Below, piece after piece: positions 51,316 to 63,434 of a stretch of DNA of 64,000 bases. How positions within the stretch are numbered: the stretch's first letter is position 1; each line of letters begins with the position of its first letter. The stretch is from Octopus sinensis (taxonomy: Eukaryota), in the NCBI RefSeq assembly GCF_006345805.1, contig NC_043010.1:4092001-4156000 (forward strand). The letters run 5' to 3'. The notes beneath the pieces were generated by a model, which did not search any database, was not told the DNA's origin, and was given only the letters and a program-made list of their open reading frames with translations. A program made the position numbers and the translations under genes.

Positions 51316-51452
51316 CTATTGTGCTGCTACAGGTGGGAATGATCTACTGAAGTTGCACAGATCCCACAATGGTTTTTCTGTGCAGAGTAGGAAAAGCAAA
51401 ATCCATATCTTGACATTAATAACTGTCACAGTGTTTACAATATATAGCCGTA
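51316..51452 (-). pseudogene. Possible decayed cadherin exon
   Basis: Acceptor attcttttcatgttag|; NTVTVINVK then frameshift QDMDFAFPTLHRKTIVGSVQ (like TVTV-V-D-ND--P-F...Y-GSV-E). Confidence 0.35.
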
Positions 51453-51716
51453 CTAACATGAAAAGAATACAATATTCACAAGAGAGGGAAGCTGTGTTAC
51501 AGAGAGAGATCAAGCAATTCCGAGAGAAGAGGTGAACAGAAATACTATAGAGAAATGGGCAACTTTGATCTATGACACTTTTATACCTAGATCATGTGTG
51601 GGTGTGTGTGTGTGTGTAAGCGTATAGCTTATATATCTTTTTTATTATTTATAAATATGTGTGTGTGTATACATGCATATATCTGTATATGTTTTTACTA
51701 TGTGTGTGTGTGTATG

Positions 51717-51765
<49 letters not shown>

Positions 51766-52628
51766 ACATACACACATATAGAAATATGTTATACATTTAT
51801 GTGTAAGTATATATTTAAATGAAAGTATATCTCTATATTTCTAAGTGTATGTATGTACGTATGTATGTATGTATGTATGTATGTACGTATGTATGTATGT
51901 ATGTATGTATGTATGTATGTATGTATGTATGTATGTATATATATATATATATTATATATATGTGTGTGTGTGTGTATGTGTGTGTACATATGTACACATA
52001 CACACATATAGAAATATATATGTTATACAGTTATGTGTATGTATATATTTAAGTGAAAGTATATTTCTATATTTCTATGTGTATGTGTGTGTGTGTGTGT
52101 ATACATATATATATATATGTATATATATATATACATGCACAATTTAAATGTAAGTGTGTATATGTGTAGCAATCATAATACAAACATAATACAATGCCTT
52201 TGAATCTATACAAATAAAAAAAACTCCTTCCTACATTTCTGCTAAATGTAGAAGGTATCAACTCAAAAATAACATGAGCAAAAATGGAAGACTGCTTATG
52301 TAGATGGCTGGATTGCTCAACCCCATCCCTTTATTCTAGGAAACAACCACTACTGTATCTATCACGTGCATACTGTACTGAACATTACAGACTTCACTTC
52401 TATTCACACAGAATGAGCAGGCTATAAGAAAAAATGAAAGTAAAACCAGCATTTTCCTCCATGATACACTTAACACAAATGCAAAGGTTATATTTTCAAA
52501 TGGCTACTGTGAGTCCTGTACCTAACCATTGAGGTACAGGGATCCCTGTACCTAACTATTGAGCTCCACATGACATCCCTAACAGAGCTTCTGTAAGTAC
52601 CCTAATGAAATAAGTCCTTCATATAAAT

Positions 52629-53133
52629 CAGTGGTTTCCAAACGTTTTTGGACAGTAAACTTTTAGGTTTTATTTCTATTTCTTTTTGTTCTTTGATTAT
52701 GCTTCAAGAAAACAAGCAACTTTATTCAGATTATTCAGAGATGCAGCATGGATTTTTGTCAGTGAACAGGTCACGGTCTTAAAGTGAAGAAAATATTTTG
52801 ACAAATTAAACTTAAATGTTGAAGTGAATCGAACGGCTTTTGTGTGTTTCTTAAATGACTTACGAACACCTTCCACACTGCAATTGTTTTCGTTTCAGCA
52901 CACGATCTCAGATCAAATCACTTGCTATGCAAGTACATCTCCTTTATTCAGATTGATTTTTTTAAACCGGAGTTTACCATTGAAAAATAAAAGAGGCATT
53001 GCCATTCGTTGCCCCCACCCCTCATTTTGGCCATCCTTTTACCATCCCATTTTTCTTCAGCACCTCCTTGTATCTTTCCACAGTCTCCCATCCCAGGGGG
53101 GACGGTGTACACCACCCACTTGGCGAACCACTG
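52629..53133. mobile_element. hAT-like MITE (older)
   Basis: TIRs cagtggtttcc / gcgaaccactg; flanks atataaat vs acataacc match 5/8. Confidence 0.5.
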
Positions 53134-53139
53134 ACATAA

Positions 53140-53520
53140 CCGGACAGTTTATTGATTGTGTCTGGTATCTGTGTCTCTTATCAAAAGTTCCTACCTTTGG
53201 GCTCCATCCATTCCTCTTTTCCTGGATATGAAGCTTCCTGTCAGATTGTACCATTGCAGTGTGAGTCGACAGGGCTCTTTCTGAACCGTTTTTGATTTAT
53301 TCGTGTGTGACCCAAGTTCAGTTTTGTCCTGCACTCTCTTCTACATACCAAAGATCTACTTACAATCACATCCACTAATGCATTCCTGATGTACTTGTCT
53401 CTTGTCCTCTTAATCCTCATTGCTTTTTTGTCCAACCGACTAAACCCCTAACTGACCACTGCATCTCAGTTCTTCCTCCTCAGAACATCATCCCTCTGGA
53501 ACCTTTTACCTGATCTTCTT
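53140..53520 (-). mobile_element. RTE-type LINE RT 3' fragment
   Basis: AMRIKRTRDKYIRNAL..CRRECR resembles the DRIRNE..LRWFGHV region. Confidence 0.45.
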
Positions 53521-54424
53521 TTTCCTTCGGGAGTCAATTTGAAAAAGTTTAAATGGCAACATTAACAGTATGACTCTCTCATTCTCTGTCTCACTCACTC
53601 ACTCTCTCTCTTTTCCTCTCATCTTGGACACACTGCAACAAAGACCATGGGCTCTGCACTTTCCTTAAAAGTCATTAAAAGCAAAAACAAAATAAAGTCA
53701 CCGATGATTCTTTCCCATAGAGAGGTTAGATGAAAGTAATGTCACCTCACTTGGCAAAAGCAAAGGCTTTGAACCTGTCTGCTCTAAGGATCCTCTAATT
53801 AAGCTGTCCATGTATGAGTTTAATCAGTGCACTTGTGGTGCACCTGAGCGCTGTTTGCAATAATTTCATTATTATTAACATTGACTGAAAGTTTTATGTC
53901 AGATCACAACTTGGCAGTGTGTGCTGATGGGACTCTCACGGATCCTCCTTATATCAACTTTAGATCCTTCTAGGGTTTGCTATGTCTCTCACATTCTAAA
54001 ATTTACACAAAGGAATACCTCCCACCCACATGCACACACACACGCATAATATTAAATGGATGGTGCTAGAAAAGGAAATCCAACCAAAGTAGATATTGGA
54101 ATATGATACAGTCTGCTGGTTTGTCAGTCCTGTTGAACCAGCAAAGCCATACCAACAAGGAAGATAGACATTAAACAATGATGATGATAACAATGGTGAT
54201 GATGAAGATGACACACACACATATACAATTATATAAACACACACACATACTTGCACACTCACAAATACATAGACATATGGGTGTTTAATTTATAACTGTG
54301 GGTCCAACAAAATGTACCTCACACACACACACACACACACACTTTTATTCCTTAAGCAAGAATCTTGTTGATAGTGACTTCTAGGTATTGTCGCACTGGC
54401 CAAAACTTCAAAGTCAATTCTACC

Positions 54425-54842
54425 AACATTCTTACTCTTTTACTTTTTTACTTGTTTCAGTCATTTGACTGTGGCCATGCTGGAGCACCGCTTTTAGTCA
54501 AGCAAATCGACCCCAGGACTTATTCTTTGTAAGCCTAGTAATTATTCTATCAGTCTCTTTTGCCGAACCACTAAGTAACGGGTATGTAAACACACCAGCA
54601 TCAGTTGTCAAGCGATGCTGGGGGGACAGAAACAGACACACAAACATACATACATATATATATATCTTATATATACATATATACGATGGGCTTCTTTCAG
54701 TTTCCATCGACCAAATTCACTCACAAGGCTTTGGTTGGCCTGAGGCTATAGTAGAAGACACTTGCTCAAGATGCCACCCAGTGGGACTGAACCCGGAACT
54801 ATATGGTTCCTAAGCAAGCTACTTACCACATAGCCACTCCTA
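54425..54842 (-). mobile_element. SINE family B, full length
   Basis: As above. Confidence 0.85.
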
Positions 54843-55304
54843 CTCTAGAAATGTATAGAATAATCCATCAGATTAATGGGAAATGAATTTTATTATAACT
54901 GAAACTAAAAACAAATATTAATGTGTGTGTGTTTGTGTGTTTGTGAACTCTATAGAATTCTTGATTCTTGAGATTATCTGCCCTGCTCAAGTGGATCTAG
55001 TCTTAATTGCCATTTGGTAATTCTGACATATTGTCTAAAGGTGGAGGTAATTTTAATAACTCTGAAATTTATGTCGAATACTATTTTGTATATCTTTGTT
55101 TATCTATGCTGTTCAAATCTATGCAATTGGCCACTGTTAGTTATTTCTTTCAAATCATTTTTGCTTAATGTGTGTGTGTGTGCGCGTGTGTACATATTAC
55201 GTGCGTGCGCGCACTTATACACATGAATGGAAATTGTGAAGCATATTTTTTTAAAAACTTAGTATAAAACAAATATTGTCTTTATTGTAAACAAGTTATT
55301 GAAA

Positions 55305-55703
55305 TCTTTATATATAAAAGTGAGGTTGTGCTGTCTGTCTCCTACGATTTAGATTCCTAACTACTCCCACATTTTGCAGTGCAGTTTAACCAGTGCAGTT
55401 TAACTTATAGTCGTGATTCATATTGAGCCCTTCTGGGTATTAGCGCGTGTCTACGATGAGTCTATGATTTTTAAAATAATTTACCATAATTTTTTTCCCT
55501 TTTTAATGCATTTTTCCGCTATTATATAAGGGAAGTAACTCTCTAAAAATGTCTACGATGAGTCAACGATTTAAAAAAAAATTTACCATAATTTTTTTCC
55601 ATTTTTAATGCATTTTTTTGCTATTCTTTGGCTATAACTCTCTAAAAATGCTTATATAGTTATTTCCCTTAGAAACCCGAGCAACGCCGGGCGATTCTGC
55701 TAG
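55305..55703 (+). mobile_element. Non-autonomous Helitron-like element
   Basis: a|TCTTTATATATAAAAG start; 3' hairpin cccgagcaacgccggg then CTAG|t; no TSD; internal ~100-bp duplicated unit (tgtctacgatgagtc..atttaccataatttt). Confidence 0.75.
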
Positions 55704-56104
55704 TGAATTATAAGAGTCACTGGAAAAACTTGTGGGCTTGTGTATATTTGTGTATGCTCACGTGTGCGTGTTTGTTATGTTTGTGCGTGCGTGCGTGCGT
55801 GTGTGTGTGTTCCCGTTTGCTCTTGATGACCCGCATGTGTGCGCTCCTTTGAGTGGAGGTGTCTTAATGTGTATGTACGTGTGTGTATGTGCGTGTCTGT
55901 CTGTGCGCGCGTGTCCCTGTCTGTGTCTGTTGCATGTGTGTGTGCACATGTATATCCAAGTACTTGCTTGTGTTTGGGGCCCATGTGGGGACAGGCACGT
56001 GAGATCTTGCCTATATTTGAGCATGTGCGTTGATACGCATGTCCTGTATGTGTAAAAGCATGTGCGAACATGTATATGTATACGGGCGTGCGTCTGTGTG
56101 TGTC

Positions 56105-56122
56105 CCCTTGCCATAGCATGCA

Positions 56123-56162
<40 letters not shown>

Positions 56163-56245
56163 GCCATAGCATGCAACATGTGTGTGTGTGTGTGTGTGGT
56201 GTGTGTGTGTGTCCCTGCCATAGCGTGCATCATGTGTGTGTGTGT
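56105..56245. repeat. Three-unit minisatellite ccctgccatagcatgcaacat(gt)n
   Basis: Units at ~56105, 56159, 56213 with variable GT length. Confidence 0.85.
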
Positions 56246-56649
56246 GTTGTAGAATGCTGAATGCAAGTTTTGTGTATCTATAAGAATTATCTAAATCTGC
56301 CGATCATGTAAGCCATTTCAAAGACCCGATACAGAGAATAGTTATCTCCCTTGCACAACCTTTTATAGAATGTGAATTGAAATTCCAATATCAGAAATGC
56401 TTCTAATTTTCTCATTCCATACAACTAAGTTTTAAAATCTTTACTTCTTCGCTTTTCCTCGATTCAGTCATCAGACTCCAACGATGCCAGAGTACAGCAA
56501 TCAAGGACGTGAATTGATCATTTCTCTATACTTTTTAAAATCTTAGTGGACTGTATCGAATGACTAAACTGTTCCTTGATAAAAATAGATCCAACCACTT
56601 CATACCGGGGTATTGGAAAAGCAGACAGAAACGAGTGCGCGCACACACA

Positions 56650-56905
56650 CACACACACAACTTAGATAAATGCATCAAACTGCCGGCATCATTTGTGAGT
56701 TGTCGGAGCACTGCATCCTTCAAAACTTCCATGCTTCCTCAGATTCGCCAACACTACACCTGATTTCCTCCCCTCCATACACACGCAAGCATGTATCTGA
56801 CTCATACATTGTTCACTTCCAGACATTTGTACATTACTGCATATGCTTTATATGCACTTTTGACAAGTTGTGGTGCACCTGAGCACTGTATACAATAATT
56901 TCATT
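56650..56905 (+). mobile_element. CR1-like LINE 3' end with (ATT)n tail
   Basis: KLPASFVSCRSTASFKTSMLPQIRQHYT*; 3' end gtggtgcacctgagcactgtatacaataatttcattat also seen at ~53835-53875. Confidence 0.6.
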
Positions 56906-56917
56906 ATATTATTATTA

Positions 56918-56965
<48 letters not shown>

Positions 56966-56970
<5 letters not shown>

Positions 56971-57120
56971 TAGTTTTATTTTTATAACGTGCTTTCACTT
57001 CACTACCGAGCGCAGCTCTGTGTGCCTTGGGTATGTGCTGTGATTTGTTGTGATGCTCTGATGGTTACTGTATTGAAAGTGTTTTGCATAGGATGTGTGC
57101 AGTGCCCAGTAGTGCAAGTT
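56966..57120 (-). mobile_element. R4/Dong-type LINE extreme 3' end
   Basis: Minus strand reads ALLGTAHILCKTLSIQ* followed by a short UTR and an (AAT)n tail. Confidence 0.7.
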
Positions 57121-57459
57121 TCTGTATGTTATATGTGTTTAAACATATATACTTACACACATGTGTGTAAATATTTTTTTACATACATATATACTTACAT
57201 GAATGATAAGTGAAAAGATGTTAAAGGATTTATGGATAGTAGGTACATACAATGGGTCTCCAGTAAAACCAAATGAATAAACTCCGTTATGTGCAGGGAA
57301 GCAGGATCCACATTAAACAAAAAGAGTTGGTTATAGGCAATTTATCATTTGAGCTGATGTGGTTGTAATAGGATGAAACATGAACATTTAGTCCCACAGC
57401 ATCAAATCAATTCATAATATATCTATTTATATATTGAAAGAAGTTATATATAAATATAT

Positions 57460-57865
57460 AGGTGTAGGAGTGGCTGTGTGATAAGTAGCTTGCTTACGAA
57501 CCACATGGTTCCGGGTTCAGTGCCACTGCATAGCACCTTCGGCAAGTGTCTTTTACTATAGCCTCGAGCCAACCAAAGCCTTGTGAGTGGATTTGGTAGA
57601 CGGAAACTGAAAGAAGCCCGTCGTAAATATGTATATATATATATATATATGTATGTGTGTGAGTGTTTGTGTGTATGTTTGTCCCCCAACATCGCTTGGC
57701 AACCGATGCTGGTGTGTTTACGTCCCTGTAACTTAGCGGTTCAGCAAAAAAGACCGATAGAATAAGTACTAAGCTTACAAAAAATAAGTCCTGGGGTCGA
57801 TTTGCTCGACTAAAGGCTGTGCTCCAGCATGGCCACAGTCAAATGACTGAAACAAGTAAAAGAGA
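57460..57865 (+). mobile_element. SINE family B, full length
   Basis: ggtgtaggagtggctgtgtgataagtagcttgc head to gactgaaacaagtaaaagag tail. Confidence 0.85.
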
Positions 57866-57936
57866 GTGGAGGAAGTTATATATAAAAATATACAAAAATG
57901 TATATGAAGAAACCATGAAAGATCCATAGGGTTCAC

Positions 57937-59000
57937 TCTGTTGTGTTGCCAGCAATCTGTGGCAGGGAGCTCCATCATGCAGGAAAGTCTCACCTTCATC
58001 CAAGTTTGGTATCAAATTGTCCTTCAGCAACTGGATGTATTTGGCACTAGTCAAATTACCAACAATTTTAACCAACTTTTTTGAACCATCACTTTTTATG
58101 TGTCCCCAAAGCATCAGACTCTTACCCCAAATCTCCACTGTTTTCATAATGTAACATGGGTCATTTCACTTTCTTAGAGGCCTTCCGACAAATTCTCGCT
58201 TATTAGAAAGCAAAACAACCCACGATACATGATGAAAACAGTGAAGTATGGGGGGTAAGAGTCTGATGCTCTGGGGACACAGAAGAAGGGATAGTTCAAA
58301 GAAGTTGGTCAAAATCGTTGGTAATTTGACTAGTGTCAAATACATCCAGTTGCTGAAGGACAATTTGATACCAAACTTGGATGAAGGTGAGATCTTTCAG
58401 CATGACGGTGCTCCATGCCACAGATCAGGTGCAACACAACAGTGTCTGACTGGTGAAGGTGTTGCCATATTGAAAGATTGGCCAGCTCAGAGCCCTGACT
58501 TAAATATCATTCAGCAAATGTGGACAGAACTAAAGAGAAGAGTTTGTCAGAAGAATCCACACAATCTTGAAGAGTTGTGGGAGTTCAGCCACAGAGAATG
58601 GCATCTCATACCTGTGAAGGATTTGTACACATCTCTTCCCGGGCACATTCAAGCTAATGGAAGCCACACAAAATATCAACAATGTACAGTAACTTCTTGA
58701 AATGAACATTATGGAATAAATTTTCATTATAGACATTTTTCTGTTTTAAAACACTGTATCTTGATAGGTTTATGTGAGGTGGCCGGAAACATTTGCCTGG
58801 CCATTTTTTATGGTCGTCTTGCATCTTCCCCTCTCATTCAGAACCCCTGCTACAAAATATAATGATTAGGTATGGAAATAACTCCATCAGGGCCAATGTT
58901 CCATCTGTAAAAAACGCAATGTGAAACATCCACTTACAAGTTGGCAGTTGCTAGGAATGTAGAATAGTTTAAAGTGGCCGAAGACTTTTGCATGGTACTG
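57937..59000 (+). mobile_element. Tc1-like element 3' part with inverted duplication of the DDE segment
   Basis: ORF 58248-58700: FQHDGAPCH..WPAQSPDLNIIQQMW..GSHTKY; right end ..aagacttttgcatggtactg|TA; minus-strand copy of the same segment at 57937-58153. Confidence 0.85.
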
Positions 59001-59041
59001 TATATATGTGTATATATATATATATATATATAATTATTATG

Positions 59042-59076
<35 letters not shown>

Positions 59077-59094
59077 CATTATTATTATTATAAA

Positions 59095-59232
59095 TCAAAT
59101 TCCCCTGAGGTCGACTTTGCCTTTCATCCTTTCAGGGTTGATAAATTAAGCACCAGCTGCGTACTGAGGTCGATCTAATCGACTGGCCCCCCTACCCCAA
59201 AATTTCGGGCCTTGTGCCTAGAGCAGAAAAGA
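59095..59232 (+). mobile_element. Family A SINE (5'-truncated) between (ATT)n arrays
   Basis: Core present; tail cttgtgcctagagcagaaaagattattatt. Confidence 0.8.
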
Positions 59233-59257
59233 TTATTATTATTTTTATTATTATTAC

Positions 59258-59296
<39 letters not shown>

Positions 59297-60779
59297 ATAG
59301 TAATGATTTAAAAAAAGGGGATTTCTGTGATTTATGTTTGTAATATCAACATCTGCCATATCCCTTTTCCACCTTAAGTTCAGTGGTTTAAATTCTCAGT
59401 ATCTTCAGGTTTCGTGTCAACGCATTTTCTCCCACCAGTTATCTCCCTTATTCAATATATCCAAATTAGTTTTTTCCATATATTTTTCTCTTTTCCTTAT
59501 ATTTTTCAGAAGCTCTCTATGTGCTTATTTTCCTCTAAATCTGCAAACTATTAGAGATGATGTATTATACAAATAAATTACTTATCTAAAGAAGATAGAA
59601 ACGATATTTTTAAAATTCAGAAACATATTCTGAGATCGTCCCTGACAGTTGCTATTTTTTAAGACTTTCCAGTTTAATTAACAAAAAAAAAAAAAAATAA
59701 TAATAATTACGACAATATATTTATCTTCCAACATTGAAAACTTACAGTTAAAATTATTCATATTTATAGAAATTATAAAGATGGCCAAACCTGAAATTTT
59801 TCATTTATAGATTAGATTATAATTGATTAAAAGCTCATCATAGATTAATTGCTTGTGTCTTGAATTATTTGTTATTGGAGAAACATGTAATATATTTATA
59901 CAAGAAATAATTTAACTGATTGATAAATGTATCAATTTTACCTCCAGTTCATTCTGTTAGTGCCTATGTAGATGTGCACGGGGAAAGAGACCTGCTCAAC
60001 CCCCACATCATCACCTTTGACCCTGTTGAGCATCCAGGATGTGATATGTGGTGGGAGAGAGGGTTGTACCAGTAATTGGTTATTTCATATTGTAGCTAAG
60101 TGGAATAGATTAATGTGAAATGAAATGCCTTGTCCAAGAGCACAACACACTGACCAGTCCAGGAACCAAAACCATGACAATTAGCCAGACACCCTAACTG
60201 TAGGGCCATGTGCCTTTTCTATATTACCAGACAGCATTTTGTTTATGATACACACAAAATAGTGAATCTTTTTTGTGCAAGATAAAAGAAAAAAAAACCC
60301 TCTTTGCTGCTAAAGACAGAATTTCTATAAATATTTTACTGCTTCTATTAATTCTAATTTTGATCCCAAGTCCTGATTATGTTACATAGGGGACAAAATC
60401 TTTTATTTACTCCTGTCTGTCCAACTTCTCCCTATCTCTCTATCTATACTTATAATTTTACATATAATTATAACTGCAACATCTTCTGTATTTAGGTGCC
60501 AACTATGTGAAAGTTGCTTCAGCAAACTCGGTATCATAGAAGTGTTGTCAGACTTTTTGGTATGGCTTCATACCATTAAATGTTTGCAGCTTTCATAGTC
60601 TCCATGTTTCAAATTTTCCAGTCTTCCTAAATATTTCTTAAAAAATGCAATTAGCAAACACTATTACAGATCCAATAACTTTATCCTAGAACCATGCAAA
60701 AGTGTTATTACCTATTTTCTTCAAAATTCATAAATGATTTGTCCTCATATTTCTGAATTATTTAAGAAATATGTTAAGG

Positions 60780-61162
60780 AAGGAAGCACTCCATCGGTTA
60801 CGATGACGAGGGTTCCGGTTGATCCGATCAACGGAACAGCCTGCTCGTGAAATTAACGTGCAAGTGGCTGAGCACTCCACAGACACATGTACCCTTAATG
60901 TAGTTCTCGGTGATATTCAGCGTGACACAGAGAGTGACAAGGCCGGCTCTTTGAAATACATGTACAACAGAAACAGGAAGTAAGAGTGAGAGAAAGTTGT
61001 GGTGAAAGAGTACAGCAGGGATCACCACCATCCCTGCCGGAGCCTCATGGAGCTTTTAGGTGTTTTCGTTCAATAAACACTCACAACGCCCGGTCTGGGA
61101 ATCGAAACCGCGATCCTACGACCGCGAATCCGCTGCCCTAACCACTGGGCCATTGCGCCTCC
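60780..61162 (-). mobile_element. SINE family C
   Basis: Full-length; TSD ttaagaaatatgt. Confidence 0.9.
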
Positions 61163-61432
61163 ACTTAAGAAATATGTACCTATATCATGACAAGGACAAC
61201 AAGAAATGTTATTAATTTTCCCAATATTTATATTGTTTAGAGAGTGGTGAGAGGGTGGGAGAGAGATATTCTCAAATAAGATGCCTGACACAAATGTTTG
61301 CAACTGAACAGTCTCCCCTAAAATCACCCAAGGACCATATGGGTTGTTAAAACTGAGCAGCCTGTTGGATCAGCAACCCAATCAGGCTAAGAATGGTTCA
61401 GAATGTAAAGACTTGGAAAAAATACTGTAAGC

Positions 61433-61742
61433 CAGTGATTTTCAGACTTTTTTGTCGTGACCCATTTTATTTATCTTGCGACCCACTGAAGGGGTCATGA
61501 CAAATAAGAAAGAAAGAAAAAAAAATGCACTTGCATATTTTTTCTTTCCTTCTTATTTGTCATGGCCCATTTTATTTATCTCATGACCCACTGAAGGGTC
61601 AGGACCCACAGTTTGGAAAACGCTTTATATGCTGTACTGTGCACCCACTTATGTTTTTCTCTTTCCTTCTTGTTTGTTATGACCCATTTTATTTATCTCA
61701 CGACCCACTGAAGGGTCGGGACCCACCGTTTGAAAAACACTG
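61433..61742. mobile_element. hAT-like MITE
   Basis: TIRs cagtgattttcaga / tttgaaaaacactg; perfect 8-bp TSD ctgtaagc (61425-61432, 61743-61750); three internal copies of cccattttatttatct..gacccactgaaggg. Confidence 0.85.
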
Positions 61743-62114
61743 CTGTAAGCCATCTTGTCTCGCACTCTAAGGACTCTATCTGTTCATCACCCTTTCCTAC
61801 ATCTGTGGTCATTAAGTTGATATTATTAATTGTTGTTTCCTGCAATAATCAATTGAGATGATCACCCATTGCTGAATTCTTCTCATGACACAGAAGTCAA
61901 GTAAAATACTATGTTAGTCTACGATAAGAATATGGAAAAATTTTGGAGATCACAGGAAAATTTGTAAATTAAAATATTTCCTTTAATATTTACTCAATAT
62001 CTATATGCCTTATTTGAAACCATTATTATTATTCTCTTTTCTACTTCAAAATTATTTTTCATATATCTTAAACTATAAAATATATTTTAGTTGCAATGAT
62101 TCACCATGATATAA

Positions 62115-63345
62115 ATCAGCCGGGAACAAAATCAAGATCTCTACACTGTATTCATTGATCTGATCAAAGCTTTCGATTCTATTAACAGATAAGACCTCTG
62201 GAAAATTATATAGAAATTTGGTTGCCTATAAAAATTCATTAACATGATGCATGTAGGCATTAACCTGATCATGTAGGCATGCAAGCTTGTGTCTTGAATG
62301 ATGGAGAATTCTTGGCACCCTTCTCTGATACTAGTGGTGTGAAGCAGGGCTGTGTTCTAGTACCCTTCCTCTTCAGTTTCCTGTTTAGCGCAGTGCTTTA
62401 CAATGCATTCTCCCATGAAACACCTGGCAATCAGATTAGATAAAGTAGCTTCTTTGTTGCTGATGATTATACTCTGAATGCAAACTCCGAAGCAGATCTT
62501 AAGCATATTTTAGATGACTTTGCTTGCATCAACTTGTGATGATTTTGGATTTACAATCAGTCTCAAAAAAACTGAAGTTATGTACCAGCCTGCTCCTGGG
62601 AAAAAAAAACCTTACATTGAATCACTCCTGAGAGCCAACAATCAACCTCTGCAAGCTGGAGAGAGATTAACCTACCCCTGGAGTATACTGTCAGGGAGTG
62701 TTCACATTGATGAAATCAGCTTCTTTTTGGATGTCTTCATCACAAAGTTTGGAAAAGACCTGGTCTGACTATAAAAGCGAAACTCCACAAATACAAAACT
62801 ATCATGATGACTACACTACTTCATGGTTGTGAAACCTAAACATTTTACTAAAGATATGCAAAAAAAAGCAAAAAAACTTCCTCACTTCCACTTAACATTC
62901 CTCCAAAAAATTATTAACATCAGGTGGCAGGATAAAGTTGCCAACACTGTGCTCAGGAGAGCTAATATATCAAGCATGTATGCTTTCTTGAGAAAATTCT
63001 AGCTGTAGTGGAGGGGAAATGTAGTGGGTGCCATCTCCAGATTCCCCAAACAGATCTTCTTTGGTGACCTAGCAGCTGGTTTTCAGTCACATGGGGGACC
63101 AAAGAAGAGATACAAAGATATGCTGAAGACATGAAAGTGTGTAACTTAGAGCAGTTTACTTGGGAGTATCTTGCTCAGGAGTGCTGGAGTACAAAACTCT
63201 GAATTTAATAAGACTAGGGAAGCTACACAGAGAAGAGGGCTACATGGAAAGCAAGGGTCCCGTTAGGTCCTGACTCTGCTATTATGTACCTCCACTGTAA
63301 CTGTGGATTCCATGCCAAATTGGCGTAACAAGCCACCTTAGAGTG
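62115..63345 (+). mobile_element. RTE-clade LINE RT fragment (degenerate)
   Basis: QNQDLYTVFIDLIKAFDS, GVKQGCVLVPFLF, LFVADD, FGFTISLKKTEVMYQPAPG, NIRWQDKVAN, PKQIFFGDL motifs. Confidence 0.85.
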
Positions 63346-63434
63346 GTTCCATAGTGACTTTATACTCCATAGAGTGTAAAGCTGATAACCAGGTCATCTT
63401 CAAATACATGAAAGACAAACCTAATAATAAATCT

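Noticed and set aside
56105-56245. CRISPR-like repeat-spacer pattern
   Set aside because: Spacers are just (GT)n; eukaryotic context; no cas genes.
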